Origin: a virus
DNA: 52,984 bases
Virus record (IMG/VR): IMGVR_UViG_3300028602_000019
Span: 1-52,984 of that record
Direction: 5' to 3' (one strand)
Program-made: the position numbers and the translations under genes
Shown: positions 16,408-25,381 of the stretch, in pieces
Numbering within the stretch: position 1 is the first letter of the stretch
Layout of the letters: the number at the start of each line of letters is the position of its first letter
Notes under the pieces: generated by a model
Seen by the model: only the letters and a program-made list of their open reading frames with translations
The model's database searches: none
Told to the model about the DNA's origin: nothing

Positions 16408-18402
16408 TCACTGAAAAACATAAGAATAAGAAGAGTCCAAATCTAAATCTTCCACTAGCTTCTCTATAACTTCTTTGTTATATACTTTACCTTTACATCT
16501 GATGATTATATTATTACAACCCCTGAATTGAGACAGCTTAGATTCAGGCACTATATATTCCCCCTCTCCTGCCTCTGAAATCAATCCTACGATTCCACCT
16601 ACAGATGGGGATATTTTTCCTCCGTTCGCGAATGCTTCATATTGGAAACCCTCCAATCCTTTGAAAACTTGGTCATATATCACCCAGTATGCAGCTGCTC
16701 CTGCTATGGCACCTGTAGCGGCTCCTACAGCGATACAGACAGGTATAGAGGCACCGAAGGTGAACCACGAACTCATAGCTCCTGCAATGGCTCCTGCAAT
16801 GGCTCCTGCAGCTGTACCTATCCCTACGAGTAATGCAAACGTCCATAGTTCTATATCGCTTATAAATATACCTACGGCTTGTAAACATAATTTACATAAG
16901 CTTAGTAAAAAGTTCACACAATTCGTGACAGTTTCAGAATTTTTACTCATCCATGTAAAAAACGCTGTTCCATAATCTATAAGATTCACTATAAGATTCT
17001 CTTTTATCATAGTCGTAAATGCAGATATGCCTTTAGACAACATCTGGAATATCAAATCTTTATTATTTAGTATAACCTCTATGAATCCTAACACAAATTC
17101 TAAGAAAGGCTTAACTAAAGGCACGAAAACTGGTAGGAAATCTTTCAAGAATTTAGTCGCCAATTCTTCTAATTCATCTACTATATTTGACATCGCATCA
17201 TTAAAAGCTTCATCCGATTTCAATTGAGAACGATAATTAATACCTAACTGCACTCCTGTAGTAATCATGATGGAAATCATTGATGTTATTGCATTCATTA
17301 TAGGTGTTCCGAATACAATGAAGAAAGTCACAAAGAACAAACTGCAAACCAATTCTATATAAGACAGTATCCCCTCTAATACTTTAGATGTTTCAGCTAT
17401 GGATTTCATGATTTTCATTATAGAAGTCAATAATGAAATGAACAATGTAAATCCTAACTGGAACATAGAAGAAATAAGAGATGTGATTCCACTAAGAGAA
17501 TTAGCTATAAGCTCCATAGTTGTTCCTAATGATTTCATAAATGTGTTGGATGCATCTTCCGCCTTCTCCGCTCCCCCCTTCTTTTTGTATGCTTTAGATA
17601 TCTTATCTAATCCTGAACTGGTTGCGTCCGTTACTGTTGCTCCTATGTTGATTGCATAAGATGTCATGGTAATATATCCTGACATTACTTCTATTATAGC
17701 ATGTAACGGTCCTGCTTTCAAATCACCGAATGAAGCTCCTAACTGAGATGCTCCTTGATTCAATAAGCCTGAACTATCATTCATTCCTTTTACAATAGTT
17801 TCCAAACTTGCATTTATAGCATTACCTACTTTGAGATACTGACCTAAGAATATAAGCATATAAGGAGGTTTGACTAATATATCTCCTGTGTCAGATAGAT
17901 TCTTCATCGAAGTATCTTTGACTCCACCCACATTCATTACAAATAATGCTTGGAAATTAGATAAGTCTACCCTTTTCTTATAAGCTTCTCCTTCTGTCCA
18001 AGTATGTTGTGTTTTTATATAATTTTTACTGGTAATATACTGTGCCGATTTGAACTTCTTATCCTTATTGAATATGGATTGCGCTGTTTGAATATGTGCT
18101 ATCAGAGATGCGAGTCTCCCTGCATTGAGGTCATCTCCGTGCTCGTGTAGATTTGTTGCTATTTTAGAAGATGTGGAAATGAGCTTAGAGGATACTGCAT
18201 TGACACGGCTTTTACCTGTGCTCTTCAAATCATCTATTTCAGACTTATAATCAGATTCTAATTGTACAATCTTTGATATTTGTGTGTGTTGCAACCTACT
18301 AGAATATTTTATACTGTTTGTAATTTTAGATAGGTCTGATTCTATCGCATTAGTACTCCAATCTATATAATCGAAATCTATGTTGGAATTGTATTTGCTC
18401 AT
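16408..18402 (-). CDS. Tape-measure-like protein, paralog B
   Basis: The ORF track start is 18438. The ATG at 18402 has an AGGTGA ribosome-binding site and avoids overlap with the upstream gene. Shares the modules S.L.SI.K..K..A.TS, FLP...L.P.L.F and GG..P..GG.....GE.EYI.PES with ORFs 12477..14411 and 18407..21061. Confidence 0.65.
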   Translation of the reverse strand: MSKYNSNIDFDYIDWSTNAIESDLSKITNSIKYSSRLQHTQISKIVQLESDYKSEIDDLKSTGKSRVNAVSSKLISTSSKIATNLHEHGDDLNAGRLASLIAHIQTAQSIFNKDKKFKSAQYITSKNYIKTQHTWTEGEAYKKRVDLSNFQALFVMNVGGVKDTSMKNLSDTGDILVKPPYMLIFLGQYLKVGNAINASLETIVKGMNDSSGLLNQGASQLGASFGDLKAGPLHAIIEVMSGYITMTSYAINIGATVTDATSSGLDKISKAYKKKGGAEKAEDASNTFMKSLGTTMELIANSLSGITSLISSMFQLGFTLFISLLTSIMKIMKSIAETSKVLEGILSYIELVCSLFFVTFFIVFGTPIMNAITSMISIMITTGVQLGINYRSQLKSDEAFNDAMSNIVDELEELATKFLKDFLPVFVPLVKPFLEFVLGFIEVILNNKDLIFQMLSKGISAFTTMIKENLIVNLIDYGTAFFTWMSKNSETVTNCVNFLLSLCKLCLQAVGIFISDIELWTFALLVGIGTAAGAIAGAIAGAMSSWFTFGASIPVCIAVGAATGAIAGAAAYWVIYDQVFKGLEGFQYEAFANGGKISPSVGGIVGLISEAGEGEYIVPESKLSQFRGCNNIIIRCKGKVYNKEVIEKLVEDLDLDSSYSYVFQ

Positions 18403-18406
18403 AAAA

Positions 18407-21061
18407 TCACCTGTAAGATGCCCTGTTGTATTCATCACTTATCGCAGCTTGAATCTCTGTAGAGATATTATCTACACCATAGATGTCTCCCTGAAATTCC
18501 AATATAATTGTGTTGTGTCCTCTTACCATTCCCATTCTAGATTCAGGAATTATATATTCTGTCTCTTTCTCTCCGACTATTATCATTTTACCACCAGGAG
18601 TTGAGGGTATATATCCTCCTTTTTCAAATGCAAACAGAGATTCGTAGAAAACCAATCCAATCAATGCGCCCAATCCTGCTCCTGGTATTCCAGATTTAGC
18701 AACTAATTCAGCAATTGTTTCAGCTAAGAATCTCTTAGACATAAATTGTCCTATTACTTGAAGTGTACCTCCTGCACCAATGAATGCTAAAGCAATTGAA
18801 ATTAGTGAAACTATCGCAGCTCCTAATAGTACACAAAATGCCATAAGATGTTTTGTCACCCATGACATGAATCCCAAAGCCCAATCTGCAACGGTAAAAG
18901 TATATTTAAGAACTTTTAAAATCGCATCGTTATTATTCTTCAAAAACTTCATGGCTTGCACTCCGAAGGATAAGAACACTGCTAGGATTCCATTTTTCAA
19001 CATAGCATTGGCTGCATCTATGCCGTATTTTACCATATCACATATTGTTTGTATATTGTCTGCGAATACACTCATCATGAATAACGCAAAACTTAATAAA
19101 TTCGGGATTAGTTTAATCATATCTGGCAAAAAATCCTTTATAAAACTTATAGCCAATTCTTTTATCTGTTCATCTGAATCACTTAAAAACTTGGCTATAC
19201 TGGTAAGTATGGTGGTCATGGCTTCTGAAAACGTAGAAAACAATTGCCCGTTGAGAATCATTTGAGATAAGAATGAAAAGAATGTTGTCAGTAAGGAATC
19301 ACCTATCATAGTAAAGAATGGCAAGAATATCATGGTAATTATCAATGTGACTATGTTTGAAATCTGTTCCATGAGCTTGGATGTGGATGCTAAGGTTTTA
19401 AGCATTTTCAGAATTGTACTTAAAATTCCTGTGAACATGGAAACTCCTGATTGAATAACAGATGAAATCACAGACATACCTAATGCGAAAGCCGTGAATA
19501 TAGCTGATATTAAATTGATAATCATCGTCACAACCTGTGTTGCAGAAGATGCTTTACCTGTTGCACCTGTTTTCCCCTTCATCTTCCCTACGATAGAGAA
19601 TATCTCACTACACAATTCGATAGAAGAAGATACTACCAATAAAGCTGCGGATATACCTTTAGTCATACCTGACATAAAAGACACTAAGGATGATGTAACT
19701 GAACTAACTGGATTTGCCAATCCTGACATCATATCCTGTGCTCCATCTGAAAACAAAGAAACCGCTTTGCTCATCTCTGCATTCGTGTTCATCAATGCTT
19801 GACAGAATTGTGCTGTTGTTTTAACAAATTCAGATACGACTGGTGACTGCAATGCAGTGATGATTTCGCCAGGGGGTGCAGGTCTGCCATCCTTCATCTT
19901 TTCAACGGATTTGTCTGGATTGACAGCCGTTGCTTTGGGTGATTTGGTTGCTTCAGGATATTTTCCTTCCACTTTGCCTACTTCTGGAACGTAGGGGTTT
20001 CCTCTAACGTGATACTTCTCCCCAGCACGTATGGATATGATTGCGGATTTAACGGTGTCCACTACCAATTCATTGATAGCTTTACGATAATCTTCATTGG
20101 AATCAGCATCATCTATCATGCTTTTAGCTATTCTTCCATATGCTCTTTTGTCATCGGAATCTATCGCTTTCTGAATAGAAATAGAATTAGAATCTGCACT
20201 ACTTGCAGGTTTGCGTTTCTTGGTTGCATCCTGAATAGAAGATTCCACACAACTTTCTATGAATTGTTCTTCCGCTTTGGCTTCTTTCAATCTCTGATTA
20301 TTTATGGCATTTTTGAATTGATTGTCTATCCTCTTGAAATCGTTAGGTGTACCCTTCATACTGTCTATGTTCTTCAAAATCTTATTGATAGAACTTTTAC
20401 TCATTCCTAAAGCAGAAGCTCTTGCGGATACTTCTTCTTTCTTGGTTCTTTTCTCATAGTATAATTGGGTATAATGCTGTGTGTATTTATTCCCTACAGA
20501 TTTTCCTACACCTCTGGTTTTATATTTACCTTCACCGAATACAGTAGATGCTAATTGTGTTAATTCAACTAATGTTTTCCTTACTTGAGCCTGTCCGCTT
20601 TTAGATAGCTTTCCGCCATTAAGTGCTAATTGAAGAGACTTGGTAGCATCGTTTATTTGATTCTTCAGACGTTTCAAATCCGATTTGGGGTCTAACGATA
20701 TGCGCTTGAAATCTAGTTCGAACATCTTGCTTTTCAAGTCATACCCGTTACCGTACTCTTCCATGAAGTTTATCAGATGCTGATGAGACTTTATATACGT
20801 TGGAATCTCTTCTTCAAAAACATCTAATGTATCTTGCAGTTTGGAAGTTAGTGCTGATTCTCTTTCAGATTTAGAATCACCTATGAAATTATCTTCTAAC
20901 TCTGGTGTCGTTGGGGTTTTTCTAGCAGATGCTTGCTTTATCTTCTTATTATTTTCTCTTTCTGTTTTCTTTACTCTTTTGAGCGATTCTTCTAAGGATG
21001 TATCATATTCTCTCTTGGTATTGGATTCTCCCATCCTTCCGTAGTTCGCTCTTCTAGGCAT
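18407..21061 (-). CDS. Tape-measure-like protein, paralog A (884 aa, basic N-terminus)
   Basis: Has the same C-terminal module as the other two paralogs. The N-terminal ~400 aa are Lys/Arg/Glu-rich and helical. Confidence 0.65.
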   Translation of the reverse strand: MPRRANYGRMGESNTKREYDTSLEESLKRVKKTERENNKKIKQASARKTPTTPELEDNFIGDSKSERESALTSKLQDTLDVFEEEIPTYIKSHQHLINFMEEYGNGYDLKSKMFELDFKRISLDPKSDLKRLKNQINDATKSLQLALNGGKLSKSGQAQVRKTLVELTQLASTVFGEGKYKTRGVGKSVGNKYTQHYTQLYYEKRTKKEEVSARASALGMSKSSINKILKNIDSMKGTPNDFKRIDNQFKNAINNQRLKEAKAEEQFIESCVESSIQDATKKRKPASSADSNSISIQKAIDSDDKRAYGRIAKSMIDDADSNEDYRKAINELVVDTVKSAIISIRAGEKYHVRGNPYVPEVGKVEGKYPEATKSPKATAVNPDKSVEKMKDGRPAPPGEIITALQSPVVSEFVKTTAQFCQALMNTNAEMSKAVSLFSDGAQDMMSGLANPVSSVTSSLVSFMSGMTKGISAALLVVSSSIELCSEIFSIVGKMKGKTGATGKASSATQVVTMIINLISAIFTAFALGMSVISSVIQSGVSMFTGILSTILKMLKTLASTSKLMEQISNIVTLIITMIFLPFFTMIGDSLLTTFFSFLSQMILNGQLFSTFSEAMTTILTSIAKFLSDSDEQIKELAISFIKDFLPDMIKLIPNLLSFALFMMSVFADNIQTICDMVKYGIDAANAMLKNGILAVFLSFGVQAMKFLKNNNDAILKVLKYTFTVADWALGFMSWVTKHLMAFCVLLGAAIVSLISIALAFIGAGGTLQVIGQFMSKRFLAETIAELVAKSGIPGAGLGALIGLVFYESLFAFEKGGYIPSTPGGKMIIVGEKETEYIIPESRMGMVRGHNTIILEFQGDIYGVDNISTEIQAAISDEYNRASYR

Positions 21062-21069
21062 GATTCCTC

Positions 21070-21549
21070 TTAGATTTGATGACCTGCTAAGCTGACATTA
21101 GGAAGCATCTGGTAATATTTCTTCAATTGTATCGTGATGTTATATCTGAAGAAATTATAAGTAGGATAAATAGGGGTGTATGATGAGAACCACATCGTTT
21201 GCCAATCATTCCCTGGACGGATACGGTATAAAGCCAGAATCTTCATGATTTGGTCAACTGCTGCTAAAGACAGTTCTCTGCTCATGGTTTGTATATTCAA
21301 TCTGATATTACGATGCTGTGTAACACTATCGAATGAAATTCCTCTGGGCTCATTCACAATCTCATCAGCATAGATTTTTACTGCAATACATCCGCTTCCA
21401 TAATCTATCGAAGCGATATCTGTCTGGTCATTGAAAAACAGAAGAGTTTTGTCCTTCATCAATCCCTCTGCCCAGTTGTTTTCCAATATGTCATGAATCA
21501 TTTGACCATCATCATCTAGAAAACCTTCTTCACCATACTCGTTAGTCAT
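21070..21549 (-). CDS. Neck/head-tail joining protein (159 aa)
   Basis: Position after the adaptor-like gene, preceded by a late promoter copy. Positional call. Confidence 0.4.
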   Translation of the reverse strand: MTNEYGEEGFLDDDGQMIHDILENNWAEGLMKDKTLLFFNDQTDIASIDYGSGCIAVKIYADEIVNEPRGISFDSVTQHRNIRLNIQTMSRELSLAAVDQIMKILALYRIRPGNDWQTMWFSSYTPIYPTYNFFRYNITIQLKKYYQMLPNVSLAGHQI

Positions 21550-21570
21550 TATGATATCCTCTAATGATAT

Positions 21571-21598
21571 AGGGTATGATGTTTAAAAATATAAAAAG
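21571..21598 (-). promoter_or_regulatory. Late promoter motif copy 3
   Basis: The minus strand reads CTTTTTATATTTTTAAACATCATACCCT, ~41 nt upstream of the ATG at 21549. Confidence 0.6.
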
Positions 21599-21605
21599 AA
21601 AGAGT

Positions 21606-22787
21606 TTATATTCCGCCAGTGATTACGTAATCGGACCAGGGTCTCATTAAATCTTTTAATTCCCATGTCCACATGTTGATTGTCTCCGACCTCAACGGGT
21701 CGAATCCAGGAGACTGCGCGAACTTCTGTCTGAACCAATCGGTTTGAACTATGAGCATAGCTGTTTTTAACAGTGTTGCACGTTTGATATCTTTAGGAAC
21801 AGGACCATAACCATATCTATATGTCACTCTTACGGCAAAATCCTTCTGCAATACGATAGACTTTATGAACATGATACCATTACGTCCATCCATCCAAACA
21901 TTATCTTGCGGTACAGTTTCCCAACTGCTTCCGAACAATCTTATCTCTACTAAATCACCTTTAGTATAATCTATATCTCTAACCTTAACTCTGGTCAACT
22001 TGACGGGTGCTCCCCTATATAGGTTGTTGGATGCAAAATTTCCACCAGAAGGAATATATATGCTGTAATATGCTCCTGCGCCTGTTAATCCCGTTTCAAC
22101 GTTACGTATCTCTCCATCGACCCTTCTTTCCGTCCATGCTTGTCTAGTAGTGTTCTCGATAAAAGCTTCCGCTTCCACTATACGATTAGCTAGAATATTA
22201 TATGAAGGTCTGGATGTTTCTGATACTTTGAATGGTGCACCGCTATTAGAATTATCTACCATCATCAAGAAATCTGCAACTTCTTGGGGAGTACAGTATG
22301 TAGGATTCTCAGATAGAGATAAATATAAATCACTCAAGGTAGCTGTAAATGCTCTGGATGATTTCGGATTCTTGATATGAAATCCTATTTTGACAACGAA
22401 GGAATCATTGAAATCTTCTGCTCTGACTAAAGCTGTTAGAAGCAACGTGTTCTCTTTTCCCAACAGCATATCTGTTAGCCCATATGTAGCGGTGATTCCG
22501 TTACAATCTTCCAAATATATCTCAAAGGTATCGAAGAAAGAAGGGATAGATGTTGCTTTTATGTTAAAATAAATCTTATTCTCATCAGAGATGGATATTC
22601 CGTCTTCATTGACATAATAGAACCATGCTTCATAATCTGTGCTCATGCTGTCAGATATGAATTTAAATTTTGTTCCACTTGTATCTATGGACGCAACAGT
22701 TACTGAGTTGATAACAACAGAAGATGTACCTTCATACCCTCCGAATTTAAAGACCCACGAACTTCCAGGATACAATACTTGTGTCAT
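21606..22787 (-). CDS. Head-tail adaptor-like protein with N-terminal extension (393 aa)
   Basis: Lies downstream of the capsid genes. The C-terminal half (..PKDIKRATLLKTAMLIVQTDWF..) resembles the end of gp6-type adaptors, judged from memory. Confidence 0.4.
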   Translation of the reverse strand: MTQVLYPGSSWVFKFGGYEGTSSVVINSVTVASIDTSGTKFKFISDSMSTDYEAWFYYVNEDGISISDENKIYFNIKATSIPSFFDTFEIYLEDCNGITATYGLTDMLLGKENTLLLTALVRAEDFNDSFVVKIGFHIKNPKSSRAFTATLSDLYLSLSENPTYCTPQEVADFLMMVDNSNSGAPFKVSETSRPSYNILANRIVEAEAFIENTTRQAWTERRVDGEIRNVETGLTGAGAYYSIYIPSGGNFASNNLYRGAPVKLTRVKVRDIDYTKGDLVEIRLFGSSWETVPQDNVWMDGRNGIMFIKSIVLQKDFAVRVTYRYGYGPVPKDIKRATLLKTAMLIVQTDWFRQKFAQSPGFDPLRSETINMWTWELKDLMRPWSDYVITGGI

Positions 22788-22788
22788 A

Positions 22789-23172
22789 TCAGAATATACT
22801 CTCTATTGCGACAATAGCGGATGTTACTGCTCCAGCAGATACTGCTATGCTATTTATCCTCAGCATCGAATAACCTTCTACAGTTCCTATGTTGTTCAGA
22901 ACAAATGTACTTGTACCTGTGCCTGTCAATGCGACTGTGAGATTAGATTGAGCTACACCTGCTTTATCAGGATAGTATCCGACAGTTCCTGCTAATCCCA
23001 AAGATAGTGTGATGTCGCAATCTGCGGATGCAGTACCGCAAACAGTCACACATATCTTCTTAGCTCCGTTGATATTCAATTCATTGGAGGGATTGTCAGG
23101 AACAGTAGTGACATCTGCTGTACTGTATTTCAGTGTCTCCCCTACTGCTCCCATCATCACCATTCGATTCAC
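22789..23172 (-). CDS. Small beta-rich head-module protein (127 aa)
   Basis: Tightly coupled to the upstream ORF. Gly/Thr/Ala/Val-rich composition typical of Ig-like decoration domains. Function not established. Confidence 0.4.
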   Translation of the reverse strand: MNRMVMMGAVGETLKYSTADVTTVPDNPSNELNINGAKKICVTVCGTASADCDITLSLGLAGTVGYYPDKAGVAQSNLTVALTGTGTSTFVLNNIGTVEGYSMLRINSIAVSAGAVTSAIVAIESIF

Positions 23173-23972
23173 CCCTTCGTGATATACAAGACGTTAAGCC
23201 CTGTTATATCAGTACCTGCTGGTACTTCTGAGGGTACTGCGATATAATCAGAAGTATCAAGTTTACGTCCTATAACGTTTCCTGTAAATCCGACTGGCGT
23301 AGAATCGAGAAGATACTCGCAATAAATAGGTGTAGTCAAATCAAGTGTTTTAAGTACTTGGTCGTTGCTATCTGTTCCTGTTGCGATTGAGAAATATTCT
23401 ATGAATTTCCCACCGAGTATATTATCTCCATCTGCTTCAAGTGAAGTAGGTGAACTCAATGTTGTAGTTCCAGAACCAAAGGCAACATTGTTGATTGCTG
23501 TCGGAGTTACAAGACCTGTATCGAATACGATACCAACATATGTGTTTCCGCCCTTAAGAAGCTGTGCTGGAATACCTGCTGTGCTAGCAGCTACTGTATC
23601 GAAAACAGTTTTGTTGACCACTATGCAGTTATCTACAAAGCTAACTCCGATACTTGCATAAGCTGCTGGATAATCATAATCTGGCTCTGCACCTGCTGCA
23701 CCTGCTGGTCTGAGAGATGCAGTCTGAGTCAATGCAGGTGAATATGTAGTAAGTGCGGAAGCAACAGGTGCACCTGTGGAGAATGCGATTTTACCACTCT
23801 CTCCGACCTGATACGCTTTGTATCCCCTTTCGGTTATCATGAATATAGCTGTCTGATTCAGTCCAGCATCTACTCCACCTGTCGTATAGGCTCCTGTGAA
23901 TTGAACAATTCCTGTTTTACAATCCCCAAGCCCACCCCCCACAGAGGGTCTTACATTTTCAAATGATACCAT
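23169..23972 (-). CDS. Abundant head-module protein, possible decoration protein (267 aa)
   Basis: Has its own late promoter directly after the capsid-gene terminator. Ala/Gly/Thr-rich. Confidence 0.45.
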   Translation of the reverse strand: MVSFENVRPSVGGGLGDCKTGIVQFTGAYTTGGVDAGLNQTAIFMITERGYKAYQVGESGKIAFSTGAPVASALTTYSPALTQTASLRPAGAAGAEPDYDYPAAYASIGVSFVDNCIVVNKTVFDTVAASTAGIPAQLLKGGNTYVGIVFDTGLVTPTAINNVAFGSGTTTLSSPTSLEADGDNILGGKFIEYFSIATGTDSNDQVLKTLDLTTPIYCEYLLDSTPVGFTGNVIGRKLDTSDYIAVPSEVPAGTDITGLNVLYITKG

Positions 23973-24017
23973 TTAAATACCTCGAATATTCGATTAGGGT
24001 TAGACCCTATCTATCAT

Positions 24018-24046
24018 AGGTATGTGATTTAGAAATATAAAGAATG
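24018..24046 (-). promoter_or_regulatory. Late promoter motif copy 4
   Basis: The minus strand reads CATTCTTTATATTTCTAAATCACATACCT, ~64 nt upstream of the ATG at 23972. Confidence 0.6.
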
Positions 24047-24050
24047 AGAA

Positions 24051-24070
24051 ACTCTCAGTTTCCTGAGAGT
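24051..24070 (-). terminator. Hairpin terminator/attenuator after the major capsid gene
   Basis: ACTCTCAG-(4 nt)-CTGAGAGT is a perfect 8-bp stem, 22 nt after the stop at 24092, followed on the minus strand by a U-rich tract. Confidence 0.6.
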
Positions 24071-24091
24071 AAAAAGTTTGAATAATCGTGT

Positions 24092-25381
24092 TTACTTCAA
24101 GTGGACTATCTTTCCGAGACCTTTGAACATTCCCTTGTACTGAACCTCACCAAACTGGTTCATATCACAAAGTCTTGTGTATCTCTGGGTAATCAACGGG
24201 TTGTCGCTCATGAGAACATTAGGTGCTCTGAGAACTCCCATGAAGAGGTTCTCTGAATCTGCAAAGTACATTCTTGAGATACCATCGTCTGCGTGTCCGC
24301 CTGTGGTCGGTCCATATCCTTTTCCGACTTCTCTGTCGGGAATGATAATCATGTTCTGGTATTTTGCAACCTGGAAACCAGTCTCGCGACCTTCAAGAGT
24401 CTTGACACCGTTCTGGTCGAACTGAGCCGAAACCTGACCCTGATATCTCTGTTGAGGCTGGAGAATCATCTGCAATTTGGTCATTGTATCTGGACCAGTG
24501 ATGATTACCTTACCCTTCGAGGAATAGTTATCCCAGTATGGGTTAAGCGTATTGATTGTGGTATCAATCATAGACAGTGTAAGCTGTCTGAGCGTAGCAT
24601 CACCAGTCGTAGTTCCTGCCGTGTAGTTCGCATCGACATAACAGTTTATGTTATTGTCTGCAACTGCTCCAGAAGCTGCTGGATTCCTATATTTAGCCAG
24701 AGGCTGTGCCGAATCGGTGGATGGGAGTTGTGTGTACATCTTCCACGGAACGTTGTATCCTGCTGGAACGTACTGTCCTTCAGTGTAGTTGGAGATAATC
24801 CTATCAAGTGATTCTGCTCCCACATATTCTGTAGCTCCGTAAGGGTTGGCTCCAGTAGGTGTCGGGTCTTCTACACGTCTGAGCAAGTCGTTGTTGATTG
24901 TCCAGAGGAATGTATCGGCTTCGTTCTTGACCTGTGTTTCCCAGAGCATGACATCGTCAATCTGCTTGGAACCAATCTCTACCATACCGAGATTCATTGC
25001 GAATCTGTGTGCGAAAAGCTTATAAGGCTGTTCGAACTGGAGATAGTTTCCGACAACAGGGTTTGGTACACCTGCTCCTCTCGCGAGACCTGATGTCTGT
25101 GATTTGGTCATAGACATGCTCTCTTGGAATCTGTATGCTGTTCTGTACGGCTGTTGACCGATTGCAGTAAGTGCATATGCTTTGTTATATGCGAGGTTCT
25201 GAACGTAAGGTCCATAAACCGCATTCATTGCACCATCTGTATTAATTCCGATAGTTCCTTCTCCTTTCAATCTCTCAACGGACCTCATATCGTTTCCCCA
25301 TGAGAAATCAAATACTTCTTCCATTGAGGAATAAGTAGGGAAAACCCCGTCGGATGTAAATCCTGTCATAATCGAATTCAT
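24092..25381 (-). CDS. Major capsid protein (429 aa, presumed HK97 fold)
   Basis: Canonical order portal, protease/scaffold, capsid. ATGA start/stop coupling, locally higher GC and a terminator hairpin downstream. The fold is not verifiable by eye. Confidence 0.6.
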   Translation of the reverse strand: MNSIMTGFTSDGVFPTYSSMEEVFDFSWGNDMRSVERLKGEGTIGINTDGAMNAVYGPYVQNLAYNKAYALTAIGQQPYRTAYRFQESMSMTKSQTSGLARGAGVPNPVVGNYLQFEQPYKLFAHRFAMNLGMVEIGSKQIDDVMLWETQVKNEADTFLWTINNDLLRRVEDPTPTGANPYGATEYVGAESLDRIISNYTEGQYVPAGYNVPWKMYTQLPSTDSAQPLAKYRNPAASGAVADNNINCYVDANYTAGTTTGDATLRQLTLSMIDTTINTLNPYWDNYSSKGKVIITGPDTMTKLQMILQPQQRYQGQVSAQFDQNGVKTLEGRETGFQVAKYQNMIIIPDREVGKGYGPTTGGHADDGISRMYFADSENLFMGVLRAPNVLMSDNPLITQRYTRLCDMNQFGEVQYKGMFKGLGKIVHLK

